Below are positions 63,923-64,000 of a stretch of 64,000 nt of DNA, piece after piece. A program made the position numbers and the translations under genes. How positions within the stretch are numbered: the first letter of the stretch is position 1; every line of letters starts with the position of its first letter. This stretch comes from Nitrospiraceae bacterium. GTDB lineage: Bacteria > Nitrospirota > Nitrospiria > Nitrospirales > Nitrospiraceae. Below the pieces are notes generated by a model, which worked only from the letters and a program-made list of their open reading frames with translations, did no database searches and had not been told where the DNA came from. The stretch lies in assembly GCA_050246315.1 (NCBI GenBank), contig JBFWWG010000004.1, forward strand, positions 257,127 to 321,126, in the 5' to 3' direction.

Positions 63923-64000
63923 CAGCGCTCCCGCCTAGGCGTCGAATTATATAACCCTCAACCGAACCACAATCCATATAGCAATCCAAACTCACAACCC

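Overview
GC-rich bacterial chromosomal window, probably Nitrospira-like (inferred from gene content and repeat style, not verified). No rRNA, tRNA or CRISPR array was seen. Core genes: gltB-gltD, imuB-dnaE2, a polyprenyl synthase/DUF1015/sigma54 response regulator operon, amgK-murU, a DEAD-box helicase, GH57-galT, ttuB/ttuA-like tRNA thiolation genes, a sugar ABC transporter, a DnaJ-class chaperone and ilvD. A surface-glycan cluster fills the right end. Most notable accessory signals: (1) two diverged HUH/Y1 (RAYT-like) nuclease genes, each boxed by GGGGTCA-N3-CTTG inverted ends that contain the stop codon and show iterative end duplications, including a 7-copy GGGGTCA array; (2) an operon for a signal-peptide-less 7x56-aa propeller-metalloprotease, a HEAT protein and a GH13 enzyme; (3) a gltB leader with alternative helices and a 7-codon uORF; (4) a 21-bp palindrome over the imuB-dnaE2 promoter; (5) three MITE families at YTAR sites, often at stop codons; (6) intergenic hairpins built from heptamer units. 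All calls were made by eye and need database confirmation.
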